DNA of 64,000 bases from Paragordius varius (Eukaryota; Animalia; Nematomorpha), in the NCBI GenBank assembly GCA_964247055.1, contig OZ176051.1, positions 6,200,001-6,264,000 on the forward strand, in the 5' to 3' direction. A model generated the notes under the pieces. It ran no database searches. It was not told where the DNA came from and was given only the letters and a program-made list of their open reading frames with translations. Each line of letters starts with the position of its first letter. Position 1 is the first letter of the stretch. Positions 37,790-50,800 of the stretch are shown here, one piece after another. The translations under genes and the position numbers were made by a program.

Positions 37790-38368
37790 CACTTGGATAC
37801 AACACACTCATTTTAGTCCTTCGATTCAAATTAGGGTATTTGGATACCCCAGGCCAGTTTAAAATCAAATACTTTAAAAAGTATGGAAGGAATCGAAACC
37901 ATGGCAAAATTTTGCACTTATATAACATTTAAACCGAAATATAAAAAAAAATTTATTTAAAAATACTTGATATTACTTATTTTGAGCTAAAACCGAAAGG
38001 TACAAATTTCGTAAACGTAACATGTATTAAATTTTAAAATTAAAAAATAATACAAAATAAACCGCTTTTTCTATTTCTATCAATGTTAGATGTAATTTAT
38101 ATAAATAAAAGCTTTAGCTTTACCCTTAAAATTAAATGAAAACGATATTTTACAAAAATTTTCTAAAATAAAAATGGCGTCGAAGTAGTTTGAGATAGAA
38201 CTTTTTTTTCAAAACAAAATTTTATCAAGATATTTTGGCATATTTATATAATATTTATCAGGATAGAAGCATAAATTTAAATTGGGACCGTTTCCTTCAG
38301 TAGTTTTTTAAAAATTTTAATTGAAATTTAGTCTGGGGTATTTAGATACCCCAATTTGAATCGAAGTG
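37790..38368 (+). mobile_element. piggyBac-like MITE, full copy A (579 bp), TTAA flanks
   Basis: TTAA|CACTT...AAGTG|TTAA with internal inverted repeat CGATTCAAATT(G/A)GGGTA...ATACCCCAGG at both ends. Confidence 0.75.
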
Positions 38369-38399
38369 TTAAATAACCCATATGAACTACTTTGCAGCC

Positions 38400-38735
38400 A
38401 TTGTTATTTTACAACATTTTTGCAAAATATATATTTTTTAATTTTAAGCTAAAATAGCTTATTTTTTCTTTAAATCATATCTAAAATTGATCGAAACAGA
38501 AAAGTGGTATTTTTGTATTATTATTGTTATTGTTGCTAATGCACACATGTCAAGCCTAAATTTTTAAGTTTTTTTGAATGAATTTTCTATTTATTTGGGT
38601 TTATTAATGTTATATAAGTGCAAACTTTTGCCATGGATTCAATTACTTACATATTAAAGTATTAAATTTCAAAAAGGCCTGGGGTATCCAAATACCCCAA
38701 ATTTAATTTAAGAACTGAAATGATTGTGCTGTATC
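38400..38735 (-). mobile_element. Partial inverted copy (left half) of the same MITE
   Basis: GGCCTGGGGTATCCAAATACCCCAAATT...GTATCCAAGT is the reverse complement of the family left end. Confidence 0.65.
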
Positions 38736-38933
38736 CAAGTTTTACAGAATTATAAAAAATGGAGGCAAAAAGGTTTTTACAATTTTACATTTTTTCAAAA
38801 AAATATTTAGCTTAATGTGTCTAAAATGCTAAAAAGCTAATTTTTTCGGCCTAATACCTTAAATATTTTTAAAATATTGAATTAATCGCTTTGAGATTTA
38901 AACTACCCTAAAGTTTGTGAAACGTGTCTAATT

Positions 38934-38935
<2 letters not shown>

Positions 38936-38983
<48 letters not shown>
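38936..38983. repeat. (AT)n microsatellite
   Basis: Perfect AT run; similar runs at ~44833-44871, ~55433-55467 and ~63695-63714. Confidence 0.95.
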
Positions 38984-38989
<6 letters not shown>

Positions 38990-39359
38990 ATAAATATAAG
39001 TTTCTCTAAATTGATCAACTATATTATTAGATAGAACCAAAACAAAATAATTACGATCACCCTTTTTAAAGCTGTTTAATGACATCAATTAATGTGGGAC
39101 AGGAATCGCTAATTACCCCGACTCAAACAAAATATAGTGATTTGGTAATTTATCTTTTATAGTTTAATCTGAGAATTTGAGGGTTGAAAAGTAATAAGAT
39201 AATTAATATAGCTAATTTCATTTCTGTTCTCTTATATCATTTTATTGCTAAATGTATTTAACACCTCATTACTCTAGAATGGTTTTTATTTACAGAGCGA
39301 TATTAAATTCAAGTTTTTAAGCAGAGAAATATCGGGCCAAATTAGAAAATGTATTTAGC

Positions 39360-40496
39360 TTAACATTAGATCCAACACATTAATTTCAGTCCTTCGATTC
39401 AAATTGCAGTAGTTGGATACCCCAGGCATGTTTTAAATTAGATATTTCGAAATTAATTGAATTGAAACCATGACAAAAATATGCACTTATATAACATTAA
39501 TGAACCGAAAATATAATCAAGCTTATAAAATAATTGATATAACTTATTTTTAGGTGAAAACTTAGGGTAAAAATTTAGTCAACATGGCATGTGTGCATTA
39601 ATAAATTTAAAAATAATACAAAATAAACCATATTAACTGTTTCTATCAATGTTAGATGTGATTAACACTTGGATACAACACATTCATTTCAGTCCTTTGA
39701 TTCAAATTGGGGTAGTTGGATACCCCAGGCCTGTTTAAAATTAAATTCTTTAAATATGGAAGGAATCGGAACCATGGCAAAATTTTGCACTTATATAACA
39801 TTAAAAAAACCGAAATTTATAAAAAAAATTATGCAAAAATACTTGATATTCCTTAATTTAAGTTAAAACCAAAGGGCAAAAATTTAGTCAACGTGACATG
39901 TGTGAAATGGTAAAATTGAAAAATAATACAAAATAAAGTACTTTTTATTTCTATCAATGTTAGATGTAATCTAAATAAAAAATTCGCTTTAATTTTACCT
40001 TTAAAATTTAATGGAGACGATATTTTGCAAAAATTTTGTAAACTAAAAATGGCGTCGATGTAGTTTGACATGGAATTTTTTTTCCAAAATAAAATTTTAT
40101 TTAGATATTTTGGCATATTATAATTTTAGAAGCATATATTTAAATTGGGACCGTTTCCTTCAGTAGTTTTTGAAAAATCCTACTTAAATTTAGCCTGGGG
40201 TATTTAGATACCCCAATTTGAATCAAAGTGTTAAAATGAAAAATTAGCTTTACTTTAGCTTTAAAATTAAATAAACAAATATTTTGCAAAAATGTTGGAA
40301 AATAAAAATGGCATCGAAGTATTTTGATATGGAACTTTTTTTTCAAAACTAAACTTTATTTAATTTCGGCTTATTTTTATAATTTTTTTTAGGATAGAAG
40401 CATAAATTTAAATTGCCGTTTCTTTCAGTAGTTTTTCAAAAATATCAACTTTAAAATAGTTTGGGGTATTTAGATACCCCAATTTGAATCGAAGTG
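39360..40496 (+). mobile_element. Nested pair: full MITE copy B (39666-40230) inserted at a TTAA inside copy C (39360-39661 + 40235-40496)
   Basis: TTAA at 39662-39665 and 40231-40234. The flanks rejoin into the contiguous internal sequence seen in copy A. The outer right end is GAAGTG|TTAA at 40496-40500. Confidence 0.75.
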
Positions 40497-42552
40497 TTAA
40501 GCGCATAAGAATGTAAATTGTAAGCATTCTTTTAAATGTTTCGCCCCCACTTATTAGATTTTTTTTAACATTTCATTCATCTTCATTATTTTGCGCGCGA
40601 AGACATTTTATGGTACTTTTTGACCCCAGAGCCTAAAGTTGTAAACAAACTATGAGAAAGCTGTTATGGTTAAATATAATTATCAAACCCTTATGTATTA
40701 TTTTTAACTTCTAATTTTTAAAATTAGGATCAAATCAGGATAATAACAAATAGCTGATATAAAAATCTATAAATATCAAAAATTTACTGATTAATTGTAA
40801 TTTACAGCTTATCTAAGTTATTTATATATTTTTTTAACCATAAGATACATTTATTTCCATTTTGTAGCGATAAAATAAAGGAAAATATTGGGGATGAAAA
40901 AGTTTGAAATGGCATTCTTAATTTTAGATTAAAATTTTTGTATCATGCGCCCAAAAGACCATTATTTGGGCCAATGCTAAAGATATTGAAATTTTAAATA
41001 ACCCTGGAATTTACCACAAAATTAATTGTTTCATAATGAAGGGTTTGAAAATTTATCGAAAAAATGGTTAGTATAGAACTCTCAATATTATATACATTTT
41101 CCCATTATTATCCAATAATGCACAATCTTTCTAATCTACCCGTTTACTACGCTTCTTTCCAACTAATCTCCTATGACGCTAAAATTTAGATTTCATTGCG
41201 GCGGGCTCTTTGACAACGTGGCATTAATTACCATATTTTTATGCTCTAATATTCTCTAAATTGCAACTTCTTCAAATAAAACATTATTGTTAACCATAAG
41301 GCCCAGTGGTATTTAAACTGCAGCCCTAATATAGCTTTGTGGCCTTGTATATATTTCACAATTTTATTTAAAAGCAAATATCTACTAATGTGTCAAACAT
41401 CTATTCAATATTTTTTTATATTATGTACGGCCCCTAAGACAAGAAATCCCCTTAATTTTCGATGAGTATCACTTGTATAGCCTATTGTGCATATTTGATA
41501 GGCCCAAAATTATGTTGTAGATTTGAAATTACATGAATTATAAGTATAGCATTAGACCGCGTTTTTACTAAGCGCTTCAAAGCTATTTTTTTACACATAA
41601 CGAATATATAATATATTTTTAAATAAAATTTATTTGATATTCAAATTTGATTATTTGGATAGTGTTTTGTCCATACATATAATCTAGAACAGTGTGTAAT
41701 TCATTGATTCCAGCTATACAGAATAATTTCAATATACTAAGTAAATCAATAATTATTAAATAATGACTCCAAAAAACCCGATGAGCCTTTAAATATTTTT
41801 AACAATAGTTGATTAATTTAATCCTTAAAAATACTTAATAAAAATTGTCATCATATGTGATGTCAGTTTTACATAAAAATTTGGAATTAACAAGAATATA
41901 TACTTGAGCCATCATTAAATCGATTTGAGATCTCATTCGTTTGAGTTGATTGCTTAACATAAATATATTTTTGCGTATAAATCCTGAATCATTGATTGAT
42001 TTAATCTATACCAATGGATATAATATTACATATCTAATTTAAAAAATTAATTCGACTAATATCATTATGAAAATTATTTTGATGTTACCACCACTCACTA
42101 CAGGTATTAATTGGGTTTATACACAGCAAAGACATGTAAAGATATTACCTGACTAAATACTTTAAAATATTTTTAATATATCTTGTACCATTTAGAGGAA
42201 TGTATTATTACCAGATTTATAAATTTGTGATATACATATTAAAATTAAATGTATTGTATATCCATGTTTTTTTAACAAAACAGCCGATGAAAGGACATTA
42301 AACGAATTTTAATATAGAATTGATGGAAAAGGTGAACTTTATATGGGTAATGGAAAAGCAGCTTACAAGACAAAGTTAAAACATTTAAATTTGGTTAAGA
42401 CAGAAAACAAGTCCGTAAAATATTAAAATGGATAAATTAAACAATGAAATATAAATATATAATAAATATTAACAAGTTATAAATAAATTGATTGATTGAT
42501 ATACTTTAATTGATATTAAATGCTTATATTAATAATAAGCAGTTATTAAAAT

Positions 42553-44827
42553 TTATAATTTAACTACTTCATTTTCCGATTGGTTCATCCCTTTGGAATC
42601 TAGCCAAGCCCTTAAATCAAACATATTTTCGAGATTTTCGCATGCTATGAATTGAGAAACGGGCCGATGTATGAAAGGATTAACGGGTATTTTTCGTATA
42701 TTATCACCATTCAAACACAATATAAGTGAAAGAGATGTCGACGTTTCTAATGTATTCAATTGTTTTGGCGTAAATATGCCTGAGTGTTGGTACCAAAACC
42801 TATTATAAAAATTATATATTTATGTGGAACCGCTCTTTGTGCTGACTTTTTTAAATAGTTATTTATTTTTAATTTCTTTTTTTTCTATTCTTTTCTAGTT
42901 CGGATACTATATTATAACAAAAATATATTATAAAATCATATTGGTTAGAAGTTACCTATGTTTTTCGAATCTAAATTTTATAGGTATTAATTTATAATTT
43001 TACGCTTAATTGTGCGATCCCGTTTTAACAAATTTTTGGCAGGCAATATTTTGAATATTATTGTAATATTTTTGCATTCCAAGCAATTAAAAATTATCAT
43101 AAGTGTTACATCTAAAAGGCGTGGCACTTTTTTTCGACTAAAAATTTCATACAAAAACTGTAAAACAAGATTATAGCTAATTAATAACATTTACATTGTA
43201 CAACTAATTTCTACATATATTTTCTAAATTTATAAATAATTATATTAAAAAATTATGTAGATAAATGTTTTAGGATAAAAAAGTATTGTACCTATCACCC
43301 TTCATAGTTCGACGAAACTGATCGGCTAAAAGACATGTAAAGGTTGGACCTAACATGCTATCCATTGGCAAGTTATCAGACTTTGAAGAAAATTCCTTAG
43401 CGTCTGTAAAAGATTCCCAATTTAATGGAGATTCCAAAATACCTCCCAACCATATATCAATATCGAATGGAGAAAAATATAAATCACTAAGTTTCCCAAT
43501 CAAAATGTTATCAGGGAAAGGGTTTGTCCTTAAAGTTTGAGGAACTATTGGTTGAGACTAATACAAGAATTGGAACATATATATATATGTATATAGTTTT
43601 ATATTATGATATCATAAGAGTCATAATCAATCTTACCTCAAACCCATAATTGAGTATTTGACTAAAGATACGGACTCGGCTTTCTCTCAATTCTTGTATC
43701 GTCAAAGTTGAGTTAAGCTGAATGTCTATATAAAATATAAAAGTACTAAGGAAGGAAAAATAAGTTTAAATTAAAATGTTTATAAAAAGTACCATAAAGT
43801 TTTTGATATACATCGTTTTGCACTCGTTCGTAGTCGAGATCTGTATAGGCATCTATTAGAAATATATATTTTTTTATGTTTAATATTTTATTTATAAATC
43901 ATGAAAATTGTTTAAATACCAGAGTTCGCCTTCATGTAATTGCGACAAAATTTCATCCTCCATTCCATGTAAGATGGTAAACCATGGTCACGACCTCTTT
44001 GTATATTAATAGCTATCAAATCAAAGGCTGGAGTGTGATGACTAAGCGAGATACAAAAATGATTTAAGTGTCGTAATTAGAAAATAAAACTATTAACACA
44101 CTTTAAATTCATCCTTGAACCTTTTAAATACCTCAAACATATCAACTCACTCTCGATATTTCATAATAACATCTGTACAACTCACATTCCTAAAAATAAA
44201 TTGTGTTAAAATTAAAAATTGCTTATAGTTTTTTATATTTAAAAAAAGAAAATATGTTTGAATTGAGATAATACAGGAACAAATAATTAACAATGCCACA
44301 AATATCATATCAATAATCAGTTAAATAACCCCAAAAAATAGCATTTATTAGAATTTTAAGAGATTTAGGTGTGAATTCGAGGTGTGAATGGTCTATATTG
44401 CATATAACACAATAAGGGCTTCAGACTGGCCATATAACTGTCTTGGTGGTGAACAACAATATATTAGATTTATTATTTGTGTGTTTAAAACAATATAAAG
44501 TCTAAATACCAATTTTATCCATTTTAAACATTAGAGATCTCTATAATTACTTTTCAAACAGATGATCTATCAATTCATCTGTTATAAGTTTATGCTTTTT
44601 AATGGCTTTCCCCGGCACAGCAAACAATCCGCGCAGTATTGGATCTATTCCATTTTGTTCAATTAATTTGTCTGGGGCGAAAAACGCCTCGTGTAAGTTC
44701 AGATGGCTAGGGCCTGATCGAATTACAAAAAATATTATGTTTTTGTATTGGTAATATAAAATTATTTTTTTAAGATATATCCAAACCATTGTAGACATAT
44801 CAATATACAAAAGTCGCTAAAACAGGG

Positions 44828-44874
<47 letters not shown>

Positions 44875-47800
44875 AGATTATATTAAAAAATCGTGAAATC
44901 ACATTAGCAATAATTATTATATTATTATTGAAATTATAATTCAACTAAAATTAAATGAATTTTATATGGACAATTTTCGATTACTACAAGTAATCTTTGT
45001 CAAACGTAAAAAAAATTAAAATATAAATTATATATTAAAGTTTAAATTAAAAATATTTATCTTTTTTGTTAAACCATTTTTATTCACCACATTTTAAAAC
45101 TGTAAATTTTTGTAGTTTATTAGCATTTATTGGCCATTTTTCTTACAATAATCAATTAAAAAAAGAATTATATATATATTCCCATAAATTACTCTTATTC
45201 GGTGGTATATAATCTTGATAAGTGGAATTTAAACGAAACAATTTAGAATTGACTAAACTATGGCCAAATCTTAGAGCAGCGGTTGCGAATACATTGGATA
45301 TGGAAGCATCAATGGTGGCATCATAATTATTAATATTATTAGTGGAATATCCTTTATATGTGGATAAAAAATCAATAGTTTAGGATATATTTTTATACAA
45401 TAAAATTCGCTTAAATCATATTTAAACCAAGATTACCTTAAACTTATAAACCGAGTGAGAGAGAGCCAGAGATATATATATTTACCATTTACAATTCATA
45501 TTCACCCTTAGACAATTCAAATTCACCCTCGAACAATTCAAATTCACCCCAAAAATAAATTATGTGTTTTTGGGATAACATAACTCACTATTTATATGAA
45601 ATATTTTTATCACATAGTTTATTATTTTTTCAGCATTATATTAATTTTAAACAGAATTTCATATATTAAAAATATTCTAAAATAAAGGTAATTTTTAATC
45701 TCAAAAAACGCATAATTTATTTTAGGGTGAATTGAATTGTTCAAGGGTGAATTTGAATTCAAGGGTGAATTTAAATGGTATATATATAAATTGCAGTGAA
45801 TTAAAAGATATTGGTGGTATACTTTGTTACATGTCTAAACAAAAAAAGGAAAACCTATTAACTTCATGGCTCGTTTTCCAATAATAATAGGTAACCAATC
45901 TCTGTATGTTATGATCTGCATTTGTGCACCCACAATTTTTCGAGCTTCTTCATACAACACGTTGCCTGTCCAATGGGGATTAATTTCCTTTAATCTAAAT
46001 TTTAATTGCCATATTTTTGACAAATATTTTTATGAATTAACGCTTCTTTCCATCGAGAGCGCATTATTATAATCCCTTTTAAATGCATTTTTAACCTCTG
46101 TTATGGAAATTAAATGAATGTTTTGCAAAAATTTCGTTCATGTTTGCTAATTATTAACCGTTATACCGTTTTTTATCTAGTCTTTTACACTTAAAATAAA
46201 TAACCAATTAAGTAAAATTATTTTATTTCGATTAAATAAAAGTTTAATCATCCAATTTTTTACCATTGTTTTATTTGGCTAACTGATAAACATATGGTCA
46301 CTTTTAGTGGTTAATTATAAAAACATTCGTTAAGCCTATATTTAAATTATATATACGAGGTAATCTTTGCAAATGAGTTTATAATTATATATATCAAGCT
46401 AAACTTTTTATACTCATATAATAAATTTATAGATGAATAGTGTCACTACTTGTCAACTATGGTATTATGGTGTCTCATCCATAAAGTATGCATCGACAAT
46501 AAACCGAGTTGTTCATTGGCTCTATGATCGCCTGCTAAAAAACATGGGTATCTATTGGACAAAAAATGCATAAAAAATATTTTTATAAAAAATGACTTAA
46601 TCCTACTTATTATTTGCCAAACTCCCCCTTCCAATTTTGCAATCCATAGAATTGCGTGCATCAAAGGGTAGGAAACCTTTATCATTCCTAGTTTTCTCAG
46701 TAATTCCCTTTTTCAAATATCCCGTAGGTGTTTGCGACCCATCATCTGTGATAAAATATGGGAATTTAAAAGTCATCACATTAGTTTTTTTACAAAAAAT
46801 AATACTTTTAAACTCCTTGATTTGAAGTTCTGTCTCTGTGTTTGATCCGTAAACATTGGAAGCATCTAGATAAACTGTAACAGTATTAATTTGTTCCCTT
46901 GGTACAAAGGATCCATAATTTAAAATGGAAGAACCATTTCCCCCCAAATTGCTGAAAATGGATGAAGGTCCGGTTCCACATACATGGGATGATCTTACGA
47001 ATTCTATGCATCTAATTTATTGAAGAAGTCGGTTAACATATATCATTAAACACTATGAGTAAAAACATTTTGCTAGTTTTTGTGAATAATGGCAAAAGAT
47101 TTGACAATAACCATCATGGCCTAAAGCTGGAAAAAAAACGAAAAAATGCATTTTATATGTTCCATTTATCCGATATTATCGTTCAAATACTACAGTCAAA
47201 AATAATAACTCATTCTGTAAATATAATTTAATTAAATTTTTGAATAACACCAATTGATAAAACGTAATTTACCGTATGAGTAAAAATACATTGCTAGAAA
47301 GTTATTAGATATTACTAAATAGCACATACAACTAAGGGCAGTATTATTGGCTTATAGTTATTTTTTTACTTTTACTATTATTAGCCAATAATAATTCTCT
47401 TTGCTGCATATGCTATTTGGCAATAATTAATAACTACATATACTTACTCATACTGTAATTTCGTATTATAAAAATTATATTTATTATATCAATTTACTCA
47501 TATGGCCCAATGCGTTCGTGTTTATTAGCACCAAATGGGTATATCGGAAAACATGGTATGCTTCTCAAACAATGCTCTGCACAAGGTGTCACATCAACCC
47601 AACTTGGTTGACTCAGAGCCGGCAGGGCGAAATCCAAATCATGATCTAAAAACTGACCCCATTGCATAAGCATACCTAAGATTAAAGGTTATGTTAAAAC
47701 AAAAATCTGCCAGAATTCGGTTAATGCGGCTTATTTTTGTGGAATCAAATTTTCGAAAACACCATAGATATAAAACCTTATTGGGGGGAAACGCATAGCT

Positions 47801-50800
47801 TTTTTAATTTTTAATTGAAGGATAATTAGTTAGTATGAACATTATGAGATTGAGGATATGTCAGTAACAATGTATTGACTTTAAATTACATACTCAATGT
47901 CAAACAAATAAAAAAACACCGATCGTTTTTAGCCATTTTACAGGCTTTTAAAACAATTATTTTACCGTATTAAAGATTTGGCACAAAAGTAATAGTAAAA
48001 ATATTTAACTTCTACACATATTTAAATTAAATATATATATTATAAACTGAAAGTTCTCATATACAGCATTAAAGTATATTTATATTTTATTGGGTTTAAG
48101 GGTTACACTCAGAGATTTTGGGACACGTAAAATATCATAAAGATTTCACTGTGGAGATTTTAACGCTCCTAATTTTCTGAAAACTTATAAAATATAAATT
48201 AGTTGTTTTTAACCTGAATACATTGTTTGCGTTTCAATCTTCGTAGTTTTCGCAAGCAAAGTAGATAACATCCTTGGGTTCGGCAAAGATCTGAAAATTT
48301 GGTCATTTTTAGTCCCATTAAGTAAGGAAATGTTGTAATTGTGAGCTCGTATTTTCCAACCTTTAGAGACAAAAATATAATGTTTTAAACTATGCTTCAT
48401 TTATAATATTAATTTTTTGAACAATAAAAATACCGTTGGGTGAATTGAACTTATTTTCATAATTAGGGGGAAGAATCCTGACAAAAGGCATGTACGAAGC
48501 CCCTTGGTAAACGTTGTCCAGATTGTTATATGTACCATTTATTGAACGATATTTGCTAGTTTGCAAGTCTCACATATTATAGAATAAATTATAGAGGTGT
48601 TCTTCAAAATACTATTTAATTTATTTACAAAAAAACTGTGAAAATGAAACCTTTAACCGATGTAAATACTGTTTTTTGTTCCAAGGTAGGCGTACAATCT
48701 GTCATGTTTGCAACTATGTGAAGATGCGATAGCGACAAAAAATGATGCCTTTTAGCCTTTGAATCTTATTTAAAAAAACGATGAAACGATCATGGTTATT
48801 CAAATTTTTTGATTATATAAAATGATGATAGATTAATTTATTACCGTTTAAAATTTTAACTAAATGGTCCTGGCTAAAATTGATTCTTTCAATGTGATCT
48901 TCTAAAAGATTGTAAGTTCTTTGAAACACATCTCGTAACCTTGCTTCATTCTGAGCAGTATGTCCGTTGGTTTGATATAGCAAACCCTTTAATTCACTAA
49001 AGTTATGAAAACATTAAATATTTCTCAATAATTAATAAGTTTAAAAAAATAATATTATTTTAATATAATTATATTTTACCCAAAATTAGATGGTATATGG
49101 TTACGTCTTAATTGGCTGATAATGTTAAATATGGCTGTATCCCGCTCATTCGTTTCATTTAAAAGGTCTAATGTAATATCCATATCAGGATTCCGATATT
49201 TCGCATAATAACTTTGCGACTTACGACTACCCAACTCATTTTTATTGATCAGGCTTATTCTATAGGTTGGAGATTTGATAACTATAAATTTGCATGCAAC
49301 ATTAGCTTAATTTACATCAATATATTTTGGTGTAAAGTATTTTAAATTTACCTTTCAACTTGCCACTTTCGTGGCGGTAAATAGCTTCACAAGAGTATCG
49401 GCCCTCGTCCAAAGGATCGATATTCATTATACGCAAATAATTAACATTGTCATTGTTATGGTTTACAACATAATATTTTTCATTTTGGCCTTTCTTTACT
49501 GTTTGATCGATGATTGGTAAATCAACTTCATCTTTCAACCAAATAATCGAAAAATTTCCATGGTATGACAGAGGTATAAAGGCGCAAGGTAAACTTATAT
49601 TTTGTCCATAAGAGAGTTGAAAATCGTTTTGTGGAAGAATATTGTCATTACCATTAGGTATCTAACATAAATAGGGAATTTATAATATATTTGCCTAATT
49701 AAAAGAAATTTAGAAAAAAACTCTATAACTGCCATCAAATATTCCAATACAATTTACGCGAAATACAATTAATCAACATAACTAATGTGTAAATGGTAAA
49801 TAAATTTCTTATAGGTAAAATGAAATAGTAATAAAACTAAAGGAGATTTTTGTAAAAAATGTGCTCATCAAAATAATCTTTAATGATACATCTATTCGAT
49901 TTGCAAATGGATTTAAATCTGCATTTGTTTCATAGTTTCCTTTGGGAGTCCTTTCTTCATCTACAGAGTTCAAGCGTTTTTGTCTAGGATTGATAGTGTA
50001 AGCATATTTTTTATTGTTATATGGTAAAAATGTTTCGGAAACTAAACGTATTCTATCAGTATTTGCCAAATTATTTGAGGCAAGTAGGGAAATATTGCAT
50101 GTATAAACATCTTCATCGGACTCCATAAAATTTTTTATTATCAGGCTTAGTCGATGCCTCCCGGTCGAATCAATTTTGATTGCATATTTTTTTGAAAAAA
50201 GTGGAATGGAAGAATTTAGGGTAATAGGGTTGACATAATCATTGCGATACAACATTATCGTTTTGTCTAAAGAAGTAACAGTATAAATATAAAATTTATT
50301 AGGAATTTCGACGTTATTTTAAATATAATAGTTTTTTAATTACATTTATTTAGGAACAACTATATCGTAATTCATAGAGATGTGAAACAACTAAAATCGT
50401 TTTTTATGTATTTTGAAAAACAACATAATTTACGAATTTAAATCGGATTTTCTTATATTTAAACCAATAGATAGCATGTTTCTGGTCTTTTGGTAATAAA
50501 ACTATTTTTAAAATAAATTTTTAATTAATTCCACCATTTGTTAATCAAGTTTTTTTAAATAAATTTCGTTTACAAAAGGAACTATTAATTCTAAAATTGT
50601 CAACATCATTAATTTGATTTCTTACAATTTTTGGGTTAAAATATATCATATAATAATATAATAAATGTCTTCTAATGTTGATTTATTACTAAAAAAATTT
50701 TACATTTTTCAATTGAGTTAAATTTATAACTTGCTTTCATCCATTCATATAGAGCAGGTGTGTTTGAATCGACATAAGGGCATGTGACTATCCTATCATA

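Noticed and set aside
39669-40346. ORFs 39669-39866, 39853-40116 and 40140-40346 as transposase remnants
   Set aside because: They lie within non-coding MITE sequence and show no DDE/DDD motifs.
36340-40500. CRISPR-like or regularly spaced palindromic array (GGGGTATNNNNATACCCC)
   Set aside because: The palindromes are subterminal motifs of MITE copies hundreds of bp apart in a eukaryotic genome; there is no repeat-spacer structure and no cas gene.
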